Of a DNA stretch of 64,000 nt, positions 52,444 through 64,000 are shown piece by piece. How positions within the stretch are numbered: the stretch's first letter is position 1; each line of letters opens with the position of its first letter. The stretch comes from Chiloscyllium plagiosum. Taxonomy: Eukaryota. A model generated the notes under the pieces. That model saw nothing but the letters and a program-made list of their open reading frames with translations, was not told the DNA's origin and ran no database searches. The DNA is taken from NCBI RefSeq assembly GCF_004010195.1, contig NC_057711.1:78034560-78098559 (forward strand). The letters run 5' to 3'. Position numbers and translations under genes: made by a program.

Positions 52444-54693
52444 AGTGTACTGCCCTCTCGTCTATTATTCTTCGATATTCAAGAAAAACTGGAATGAATT
52501 TAAACTCCATACAGTTAAGGGGAAAAAAAATCATCCACACAAAGTAGAAAGGGTACTGTAACAGTGAGTCAATGCCACTTACCCAAACAGTCTGAGAAGG
52601 ACATGGTCTCGTTACTTTAGTCTTCATGCAGGAGAGAATTGTAAACATTGCATCATTCAAAGTATTTTACATAATACATTATTCAATTATTTTTCCCCAT
52701 GGTTGTGACTTGGTACCAACTCAGTAGAATATTTGTTTTAGTTTAAGACTATGCAAAGGAAACTTGGAATTTTAAATTGTCCCTAGATATGAATAACCAG
52801 GACCCTGAGAGAATGTCCGAATAGATGCATTGAAGCTTTTCTGGTTGGATAAGGATTTGATGCCATTAGGAACCTGCATGGTCAACAGGAATTAAGCCAA
52901 GATTGAAACAAGGGTACCATGGCATTTTTACATTTAACTTCATAAGAATAGACCTTTATATTAAAAAAAAAACCCATTCAGCCAAAACAAAGAGATAGTC
53001 TCAACAGCAGTAAAACCCATATGTGGACTCACCATCCCAGTTTATGAATTTCCATCACATTTTAATAGATATCATTCATTCAGCACTCATTTGGGTACTA
53101 CAGTCTCAGAAGCCTATTCTGATGCTATTAATTGATCAAGGATTTACCGATCCTTGATCCTCATTATAAAAGATTAAGTCACCAGTCACCTTACAGAAAG
53201 ATCCCAAGGCTGCAGTGCTCTTTAAAAAAAAATACTCCTGTAATCTGTGTTATAACAACTTGGCCAGATAAAAGTACAGGACAGGTTTAGTAACCAAATA
53301 GCAAACCCTTTCAGTCAACCACAGAATTACAATATTGGACTTTAGCCTTTATTATTTCCAAGTACTGGAGACTTGCCAGTTCTTTCTCACTGGTGTAATA
53401 TGAATTCCAGTTCACTTTGGTTCCAAAACTCAAAGCTTTACATTGGACAAGATTCAATGTAATGCTGTAGAAATATACTTGTACACTTATGTTTGAAAGT
53501 AACTATTCTCCCTAAAGTTACTTATACTGAGTGTGCACATTTATTCACGTTTTAATCGAACAATGACTGCACTATTTAACAAAAAAAAGGAAATCCTTTG
53601 CTTCAAATGGTATTCACAAAATACAAACTGTAAATTAACAGTGAGTTCATTTCATTGTAATCCAAATAATTAATAGGACAATTGATGGCTTAGTGTAGAC
53701 TTTACAGGTTGGGGTAAATTGGATAACTGAAACTGAAGAATGAAGTTTGTGTTTAATTTCAGTTTAAAACAGCAGCATTACCAGTTATGAAACATCTTTA
53801 ACTTCAAAGTACAGATCAGTTAATTAATGACCAAAATACAATACAATAGAAAAATCCTAACAATCTTTGATGTCAGATTTTAACAGTTGCAATTTATAGG
53901 CTTTTAAATTCGAAGGGTGAAATATACATATTAAGCTAATTTTAAACAATAAAACAAAATGAGTGTGATATAGCTGAAACAAGGATATTAAAAGTGCATT
54001 TAAGATTTCATCCTTCTGCTATCTATTTTAGCACCTTCTGAAAACATGGTATTTGGCCATTATTATTGGCAGCAGCATTCTGCCTGGCACCTATTGCTCA
54101 ACTTTTAAAATTGTAGTACGTACAGATAGGCTTCAATTTATAGCTCCTGAAATAAAATTATTTATCCAAATTAAATAATTGATTCCCAGATTGAAAATTT
54201 GCAAATTTAGTTTCTCAAGATTAGAAATTCCTGCTTCAGTCAAGTGGCTTTCTCCAAATGCAAGGGCCTTTTGGCTGTCACAGTGTGCATAACTTAATAT
54301 GATGAATTGATACCAAATTACCTGCTCAAGTACACACTGCAAATTAATTTAAATCAAATCCTAGTGAAGGTATTGTTAATTCCTTTCACAAATTTGAAAA
54401 GATGCATAATTTATGAACACCAAAGGAGGACATATTATATAATCATTCTTCACACAAGTTAAACTCAACAATAATGTGCAGAAACACATTTGTCCGTATA
54501 TCCATTTTCCCAAATCCCACTTGTCTATGTTGCCCGTCTCTACTAATATTTAGAATGGTGTCCTCTATATGGAGTTTTAATTTGGTTTCTTTAAAATGTC
54601 TATAAAATTGAAGAATTCAAGAAAAAATAAGAAAACACAACCTTTACTGCTTTAAACTAGTGATTCAGACTATGTTGCTCCCCGCAAGGATTA

Positions 54694-54870
54694 GGAGAAA
54701 GTGAGCACTGCAGGTGCTGGAGATCAGAGGCGAGAGTGTGGTGCTGGAAAAGCACAGCAGGTCAGGCAACATCCGAGAAGCAGGAGAATCGAAGTTTCAG
54801 GCATAAGCCCTTGATTGGGATTCCTGATGCTTCCTGACCTGCTATGTTTTTCCACCACCACACACTCTAA
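54694..54870. mobile_element. PLE inverted pLTR remnant with 14-bp TSD
   Basis: CCCC(G/A)CAAGGATTA at 54680-54693 and 54871-54884. Inverted arms of the family tail. Confidence 0.8.
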
Positions 54871-56438
54871 CCCCACAAGGATTATGCAGCTGGCATCCAA
54901 TTCTTAGGAATGTAACATTACAGAAAGCACTAATGACAAAAGTGGCTAACATTGCAGACTGACTTCACTCAGATGCATCACTCCTGTCATATTCAGAAGG
55001 GATATCACAGCAAAAGCAAGCCTTTATATAAATGATGTTCAAATTCAAGGCACGGTATTTTAACATTCAAAGACAATTACCTATTGCATAATGTGTAAAA
55101 ACTCAAAGGTAAGAGTATTGGTCTTTAAAAATTCTTATAATCTTTAACTGTTCATAAAATATATCAGTGAGAAAAGCTTTAAAATCAAAATGCAATTATA
55201 TAGCAGAATTGTGCATTACAAATTATATCTCAACTTCAAAACAAGTGATTACTTACCTAACTCTCCAAAATGTCGAAACACCTGTACAGTCTTTTACAAT
55301 TATTGATACTACATTATTCCAACAAATAATATCCCTTTTTGACCAAGATAAATAATTTTCAAAGCTAGAAAAGATGCAATATATATAGAATACATATTTA
55401 CAGTTGTCTGTAAGCATTTAAACATGATGTACCTAGGTATAATTTCGATGGTAATAATAATAGAATAAATAAAATCCTGTGGAGTGGATCCACCTATCCT
55501 TTGCAAGTCTATGAAAGCACAAACATCGAAGCAGACTGGAATTTTTCTACAATTTAAACTTGTAAGCATTTCATTGTTCACAAATGGAATGAGCAACTTA
55601 TGTTTTAATAGCTTGAATAAAAACATTTTACACTAGCCCAACAAGAATCATTCTGGAATCTGTTGTGCTAATACTTAAAATTCCTTTCCTGTTTTTATTA
55701 TATTTTGCAACTCATTCAATATTCATAATATGTTTATTCTACATTGCTGTCATTAAAAGCAATAATTAATGTCAGTATTTTAACTATTGAAAACATCTGT
55801 AGTTAATCTATGCTACGATTCTAAATGGATCAAATCAGAATAAATCTCAAAGGAAATCAAAGTATTTGTTTTGTACACCGTTTACTCTCAATTAAAATTC
55901 CTCTGCATGTTAAATGCAACCCATCCAGTAGTCATCATGGGAATCAAAAAGTTATTTTGTACCCTTTATTATCGATAATGTTTGCATTCAGTAAACCTCT
56001 GGATTCTTGGAATGCCACATATACTTTTGACACAGAGATATGTAAAACTAGATTTGGGAGCAGTTACTATTACAAAAGTTGTAAAACAACCACCTTTGGA
56101 AAACATTTAGGTCCATTTCAACATGACCCAATTCCCAGCAATTTTTATTATAAAAACACCTCAGTTAAAGCTTTAAACATCTGTGCAAATCCTTTTTCAG
56201 AAATGTGTAGAAAACCGCAGCTTTTTTTTTGCAAATAGAAAAACTGTGAATGAAAAATTCTGAATAGAACACAGAAGTGATGTATCTGCAGTGTCAATAC
56301 CAAGCTCGCTTTAAAACTGGACACAAATTCCTAAGTGTAGCTTACAGATAAAGTACAACAGAGTTGTCAAGTAAAAGCAGACAGCTTGACAAAAAGTATC
56401 GAGTGATGTGAAGCTGGTTCTTGCTGCTGGTCTGTCCT

Positions 56439-56629
56439 TTATACCAGGTTAAATTCCTTCAGGTTTAGCTGTAAGATAGTGTCCTTGACAGCAGCAAAGA
56501 CAAACCGTATATTCTCGGTGTCTGTGGCACATGTGAAGTGAGAGTAGATGACCTTTTCTTTATCTGGATTCTGATTTTGATAAGTTTTCAAGATGAAATC
56601 ACAAGCAGCTGTGGGATCTTGTTGAGGAC
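56439..56629 (-). CDS. GNA14: G-alpha-14 last coding exon (191 nt), (G)[62 protein letters not shown]
   Basis: Gq-family C-terminus with the TCAT G5 motif. The EFNLV ending and PDKEKVIY indicate GNA14 rather than GNAQ/GNA11 (EYNLV). AG acceptor at 56630-56631. Synteny with VPS13A agrees. Confidence 0.95.
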
Positions 56630-56967
56630 CTTAGAAGCATCAGATTTACATCAGTCACAATATGATATATTATTAAAGCATCATTAAATCAAACAATAAG
56701 CACAAATTACAATCAGTTCCTCAAACACAGATCTGGGCAACCTGCCTCAATACAGTTTAAAAATGAAAAGAAATAACATTCAACAACACAAAAGACAAAT
56801 CATGCCAAACCAACCTAGAGCAATAATTAGCAAACCTAAGAACGCTGAATTGTCTTCAATTAAACATTGTAGAAAACCAAGTCAGAACAGGCTATAATCA
56901 AACTATATACCAAATATCAGATCTCACAGCAACAACATTTGTTCCAGTCTAATTAATCAAGGCACAA

Positions 56968-58795
56968 TGTGGCTGGAGAAGTAGTAATGAGAAGCAAAGA
57001 AATGGCAGAGAAACTTAATTGGCATTTTTCATCAGTCTTCACAGTGGAAGATACCAGTAGCATACCAGAACTTCACATAGGTCAGGGCAGGGGTGGGTAC
57101 AGTGGCATCACTAAAGAGATGCCAAGGAAGCTGAAAATTCTGATGGTGGATAAATCACCTGGATCGAATGGACTACATCAAGGGTGTTGAAGGTGATAGC
57201 TGAGGAGATTGTGGAAGCATTGGCGATCTTTCAGGAATCACTGGAGTCAGGGAGGGTCTCAGAGGCCTGGAAAATGGCTAACATTTAAGGAGAGACAGAG
57301 GCAAAAGATGGCATATTACAGGCTGTTTGCCTGAACTCTGGTCCAACCGTAGTGTCACTACCCTTAGACCAAGATACCCAGTTCAAGTTCTCCTTGCTCC
57401 AGCCAGAAATGTGTAACAGCATCTCTGAACTGATTGATTAGAAAAATAGGTTAAATGTTTTAAAAATCCTGATCTCAGTCTTTGGGAAGATTTTAGCATC
57501 CATTATCAAGGATGAGATTGCAGAGTACTTGGAAATGCATGGTAATAACAGGGCTTAGTAACCAAGGCCTCACCAAGGGAAGGTCACCTCTGACACGTCT
57601 GTTAGAATTCTTTGAGGAGATAATAAGTTACACAAACGAGAGCCAATGAATGTAATCAATTTGGATTTCCATAAGGTCTTTGACAAGGTACCACTACAGA
57701 AGGCTGCTAAATAGGAGCACATAAGGAGCAAGGTACAGGCAAGAAGAGAGCATTGGCTGACTGGCAGAAGGCAGAGAGGATAAAAGGAGTCTTTTGCAAG
57801 ATGGCAGCCAGTGATCAGTGGAGTTCCGCAGGGGGCAGTGTTAGGACCACAATAATCACCTTATACATTAATGACCTGGATAAAGGAACTGAAGGCATTG
57901 TTGCTAAGTTTGCAGATGACACAAAGATATGTGGAGGGACAGGTAGTGTTGATGAGATAGAGGCTGTAGGAGGATTTGGACAGGTTAGGAGAGTGGGGGT
58001 GGGACACCAAAGTAGTGGCAGATGGAATACAATGTGGGAACGGTGAGGTTATGCAAGTTGGGAAGAAGAATATAGGCATAGACTTTTCTGTATGAGGAAA
58101 GATTTCAGAAATCTGAAACACAAAAGGAACTTGGGAGTCTTAGTTCAGATTTCACTAAGTTAACATGCAGGTTCAGTTAACAGTTAGGATGGTAAATGCA
58201 TTAGGAGGGCTAGAATATATGAGATCAGGAATGCCCTGCCGAGACTGTATAAAGCTCTGGTCAAATCACGTTTGGAAAATTGTGAACAATTTTAGGACCT
58301 ATATTGAGGGAGGTTGTGCTGGCCTTGGAGGTTTACAAGAATGATCTTGGGCATGAGGGGCTTGTCACGTGAGGAACGCTTGAGAACTCTGGATCTGCAC
58401 TCTTGATTAGAAGGATAAGAAAAGTCCTCATTGACATTTTCAGAATACTAAGAGGCCTGGGATAGAGTGGACATTGCGAAGATGTTTCCACTAGTGAGAG
58501 ACTAGGACCCAAGGGCATAGCCTCGGAGTGAAGGCTTAATTTTTTAAAATGGGAGGTAAGGAATTTCTTCAGCCTGAGGGTGGTGAATCTGTGGAACTCT
58601 CAGCTTTGAAAGCCTTATGTGGCGAAGTCATTGATTATTTTTAAGACAGATAGCGTCTTGATTAGTAAGGGGGAATCAAAGGTTACAGAGAGAAGACAGG
58701 AGAATGGGATTGAGAAACATATCAGTCACGATCAAATGGCAGAACAGACTGGCTTAATTAGGCTGAATAGCCTAATTCTACTCCTAAATTTTATG
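56968..58795 (+). mobile_element. CR1 LINE, decayed ORF2 (about 1.8 kb), with a short insert at about 57340-57465
   Basis: AEKLNWHFSSVFTVED, DKSPGSNGLH, LYINDLDKG..VAKFADDTKI, and a CR1 3' end. Confidence 0.88.
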
Positions 58796-61700
58796 TCCAC
58801 AAGTTTGCATGAGGTGGGGGGGTTGGTTTGGAAACAGTGAACCAAGAATAATTAAACTGGGAGAGTACAGCAAGGCGACACTGGTTCAAAACAAAAGACA
58901 AACTTCCAACAAATTTAAGATTGTTCTATATGGCTAACAGGTCGACTTAACTTTCAAATTATTGGGGGCAATGCTAGATTCATGGTGTTGTCAATATGAG
59001 GATGAGCATGCCCGCCTGAAGTATTTGGTAGGATTTCTGAGAGTAAAAAGATGCTTGCCAAGGTCAATCAGCAGCCAGAAGATTTTGTTCCAAAGCGGAC
59101 AGAATAACACTAATGATTTTATTGGATGAGTTGTTGACTCGAGATTTCCTGCCCTGGTATTTCCTCCCAGTTTTGACAAACATTTGCTTTTAAAAGTGGT
59201 GGCATTATTTGTCTGGCTGTGTCAGGTGAAGCAATCAAGGTCCATTTCAAAACTCCTACAGTGCCTAGTGTGTCCTTAGAATAATTTCATTGTCCACCAT
59301 AAAATCAAGTCCCAGACTTAAGCTCTCCATTGAGAGCTTGCTTTGGAGAGTGAGTGCCAAGCATTCTGGCTACATGACCAGCTGAACTCAGTTACGATTG
59401 TCTCAATTTGTTCTGCCAGTTCAGGTGAGTACCTCAGTGTATGGTATTTCATTTTGCCATTTGAGGCAGCTCAAGTGAAAGTGATTAAGTGGCTGTGATC
59501 CATTCAATAATCATGGCAATTCTCTTGTAGCTGTATGTCTGTGAATACCGTATCAGTTATCCTTTTATCTATTCAGAAATCACACTGACTCTGGCAACAG
59601 GTCCCGGTCAAGGTGTGCATGAAGTGGTTGAGAATATCCCGAAGATTTCTCTGATGAAAAGGGGTGAGATTCCTGCATTTTGACCCAAAATTGAGAGTTC
59701 CATTTTTCTGACAGAGAGAGAGAGAGAATGTATTTCTATATTCTGCATTCTTGTGGGATGTTTGCTTACTCCCACAAGAGATTGAAAGAGTCCACTTGAC
59801 TGCTTAACCAGGAACTGACTGCCAACCTTATGCACATCAGCTAAGATAACATCAGATTCTGACACTTCGCTGCTGAACAGAAACTTGAATATAACCAGCA
59901 TTTCTACTAATACGGGAAGGTCATCAAGATAGTACTTATTGACAAACTTTGGTGGTGTGTTTGCTTCTTCATTGATGGATGAGAGCTGTTTGAGAAAGTG
60001 GTTAAAGTAGTTTGCTCATCTTTTTTCGAATTTGAACTTTATGAGCAGTATTGACCTGCAGTACTGAGGGGAAACCTGCCGACAGGGGCCCAGTGAGAGA
60101 TTTCAGAGCATCACAGAATCTCTTTTAGCTTTTGTGGTTCTCATATGACTGAAATTAGTCTGCTTTCTGATTCTGCCAAGTGTTTTGCATCACTCTAAAC
60201 AGTAGTATGGATGTTTTGTTAAGCATTGTGCCTGGATAGTGATGACTACTCATTGAGCAAGCCCTGAAGAGGAAATGATTTCCTCCTAAGATTTTTGAAT
60301 CAACTCATTGTTTCATTAAATCAAGCGTTTACAATTGAGAGGTAGAGCCACGAGCCTTTACTGGAATGGGTACATAATATCTCTGAAGATATGCAGGATA
60401 TTTCTAACTCATCGCTTAAGGACTTGTGACATATAGATGATAGAAGAAAATGACTAAGTGCATAAACTGGATAATAGCAAAGGAGAGTTACTTGTCAACA
60501 ATCACATTCTCTCCTCCTAACCTAACTTGCACAAATCCAAGATACGTCCAGAAGGCTGGAGATAGAACCAGGTGATTGAATGACCAAGATGTGTTCTGTG
60601 TCTTGATGAGCTTTAAAAGGTTCCACAACATGGTGCTGACTCACATTCAAGATCTCTGGACTTTAAACTAGTCTCATCTGACCAGTTGACTGGAATCAGT
60701 CTTCTCATGCTAGGGTATGCCAATCTCAAAGTTGTTGAGAGTACAGAACCCCAGCACCACCCTCACCTGGTTTGATCAACCAATCAAAGCTGTTTATTGG
60801 GATGTGTGGGCTTGTCAGGATCTTTCAAGTGTCTAATCCTTATTGGTCCTTCCCTTGACCCATCTCACCTGCAGCTCCCAGGAGCTATGGGAAATCAGAT
60901 GGAAATAATGGAATGCTGCAATAAAAGGAACTGAAAGAAATTTCTATTTGAATAAAGTCTTATGTGTTGGATGGCAGTATTCAACTGTAACTGTCTTTCA
61001 AATCACTTCCAACTAAACATTTAAAAAATCTTCAGTCCCTACCCGAAACAACGCATGTTGTCATTGGTCATTGTGTCACCTTGAAACAATCTCAGAATCC
61101 CAATCTCATACCCAGCCTATCATAAGTTACCATAATTAATTCATGTCCATGGCAACTCAAGTCCTTTCTACAGCTATGGATCACTGTCCAGTCTTTCTAC
61201 CTCTAAATACATTAACCTACAGTTCATCTGAAACGTCCTGCACTACCCTGGACTAAAGTCCCATTTGTCTACCCGACCATGCTTGCTGATCTATTTGGCA
61301 CATATTTTATAGAAAGCTTGTTTGGACATGATATGTTCAATGGTCACACAGCGCAAAAAGAGGCCATTTGATTGTTCTCCAGGGCCTTGTCCTTCCCTTT
61401 TGCAGATCACCCTGCTCAGCAAGATTAATACTGAAAAAGGTTGTCTATAATTGAATCAGGACCAGGTGGAATACAAGAAGCTCTTAATAATCATTCAGAC
61501 CAATTAAATAGAGAAATTAGTTGAGTTACTGCACCTAGAAATTAAGGCCTGAATCTGAGCCAGAATGCAAATTTGGTGCAGATAGACTATTCTGACATTG
61601 GCAAAATCTAAATATCCTACAGAATTTAAACGCCTTCTTATTTCCTCCCCCAACACCACACCACCCCCCTCCTCCCGCCCACCCGTCATGGTATTTCTAT

Positions 61701-62175
61701 CCACACAACATTGATTAATAGTCTAGAAGTCTTTTGGAAGAAATATAACATTGGAGCAGAGAGAAAGATTGTCAAGTTGATTTAGATGGTAGCTTGCTAG
61801 GTCTTTACAAAACTCTCCTGCTCTTCAATCCCCACAAGTAAAGATGCTAATTTATTCAGTCCTTCTGGACTTCCCGTGAGAAAAATAATTATTGGTCACT
61901 CATCCCAGCTATATTAACACCAGAAGCTGTCAGATTTCATTTCAGATCACTTGCCCTTTAACCTCTGACTCAACCACATCCCACCCTCACCTGAGAGCAA
62001 TTACAGGACAACTACAGGGATTTCTAATAAAAGAAAACAAAACTAAAATACTTGCAGGTGTATAAACTGAATTTCTCTCTCGGTCAATGGTACAAGTATT
62101 GTGGGAATAAATGTAGACACTTATTGCAATCTTGACACTCCACTATTTTCCAACAGAAATAATTTAATTATATAA

Positions 62176-62800
62176 AGTCATAGAGATATACAGCACAGAT
62201 ACAGATCCTTCGGTCCAACTCATCCATGCTGATCAGATATCCCAACCCAATCTAGTCCCACCTCCCAGCACCCAACCCATATTCCTCCAAACCCTTCCTA
62301 TTAGATGTTGCAATTGTACTACCACTTCCTCTAGCAGCTCATTCCATATACATACCACCCTCTGCATGAAAAAGTTGCCCCCTAAGTTTCTTTTATATCT
62401 TTCCCTTCTCACCCTAAACCTATGCCCTCTAGTTCTGGACTGTCCCACCCCAGGGAAAAGACTTTGTCCATTTACTCTATCCATGCCCCTCATGATTTTA
62501 TAAACCTCTATAAGGTCACCCCTCAGCCTCCGACACCCCAGCCTATTCAGCCTCTCCCTATAACTCAAATCCTCCAACCCTGGCAACATCCTTGTAAAAT
62601 ATTTGCTGAACCCTTTCAAGATTCCCAACATCCTTCCAATAGGAAGGAGGCCAGAATTGCCCACAATATTCCAACAGTGGCCTAACCAATGTCCTGTACA
62701 GCTGCAACATGACCTCCCAACTCCTGTACTCAATACTGACCGATAAACGAAAGCATACCAAATGCCTTCTTCACTATCCTATCTACTTGCGATTCCACTT
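62176..62800 (-). mobile_element. CR1 LINE 3' fragment (relatively young)
   Basis: LYRTLVRPLLEYCGQFW; FTRMLPGLEDLSYRERLNRLG..RLRGDLIEVYKIM. Confidence 0.9.
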
Positions 62801-62906
62801 TCTGCACTCCAAGGTCTCCATTATATTTGATTTCATTGTTAAACCAACAAGGAAAAAACATTTAAGCCATTTATTAATAGCTAGAATTATGATTTGAAAT
62901 AGATCA

Positions 62907-63080
<174 letters not shown>

Positions 63081-63532
63081 CTAAACCAAAATATAAAACA
63101 CTTTTACATTAAACAGATAACAGCAGATAACGAACAGAGAAAACCATCGCCTCTGGGATGCATTGTAACAAAGTTACCTTGGAAAGATGATTCTGTATAA
63201 GGCAAGAATTCTGCCCAGTTTTATATAGAGCAGATAATGCAGGTGGCATTATTTCCAAAATGTTTTTAATTGGGGTGTTCTACTGGTGAATATTTTTCCA
63301 TCTTTGATGATGTCAATAAGCAATCTAATTCTTCAGTGGCGCGTTTACTGTGCCAGTGATTACAAAGAAGAACTTAAAGTGGCACTGCCAACAGTCAAAT
63401 AAGTTAATTCTGTTCTATCGGAAAAGAAAGCAGTATAAAAAAAAGGAATAAAACTAGGGCGGACCACATAGCATTAACTTAGGTATCAGAAACAGTGGAA
63501 GAGCCAGCCTAATCACTCTTTCAAAACTTCCA

Positions 63533-64000
63533 CATAGAATCAGAGCTGTACAGCACAGAAACAGACCCTTCAGTCCAACTTGTCCATGCCAACCAGATAT
63601 CCTAAATTAATCTAGTCCCATTTGCCAGCATTTGGCCCATGTTCCTCCAAACCCTTCTTATTCATATACCCATCCAAATATCTTTTAAATGCTGTAATTG
63701 GACCAGCCTCCATCACTTTTTCTGGTAGCTCATTCCACAAACGTACCACCCTCTGCATGAAACATTTGCTCCTTGTGTCACTTTTAAATGTTACCCCTCA
63801 CACCCTTAAACCCATGTCCTCTAGTTCTGGACTACTCCACCCCAGGAAAAAGACCGTGTCTTTTTACCCCATCCATGCCCCTCATGATTTTATAAACCTG
63901 TATAAGGTCACCCCTCAGGCTCCACCGTTCCAGGGAAAACAGTCCCAGCCTATTCAGCCTCTCCCGACAGCTCAAACCCTCCTACCCTGACAACATCCTT
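63533..64000 (-). mobile_element. CR1 LINE 3' fragment, running off the window
   Basis: Highly similar to 62176-62590. Confidence 0.88.

Noticed and set aside
51188..56238. ORFs of 105-137 aa (51188, 52286, 55309, 55825)
   Set aside because: No recognisable homology or splice context; consistent with chance ORFs in AT-rich UTR or intergenic DNA.

Overview
Eukaryotic, AT-rich, repeat-dense vertebrate DNA, most likely from a cartilaginous fish (HE1/V-SINEs, shark-type CR1 and Penelope-like repeats). It holds the last seven coding exons of VPS13A on + (1639-48869) and, convergent with them, the last two coding exons of GNA14 on - (56439-63080). This is the same tail-to-tail VPS13A/GNA14 arrangement known from human 9q21. 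The introns are filled with CR1, RTE, Rex/Babar, SINE, MITE and Penelope-like (PLE) fragments, several of them nested. Most notable: (1) a family of short, often TSD-flanked PLE-derived inserts carrying minimal hammerhead-ribozyme cores, including a young copy with an apparently perfect 185-bp inverted repeat that would mask its own ribozyme; (2) a candidate alternative terminal VPS13A exon at 8392, resembling the human variant-B exon that removes the PH domain; (3) a transposon-poor 7.5 kb between the two stop codons; (4) a 143-bp local duplication. Exon coordinates were read base by base. Repeat boundaries and family names are by eye and approximate; comparisons with human proteins are from memory.
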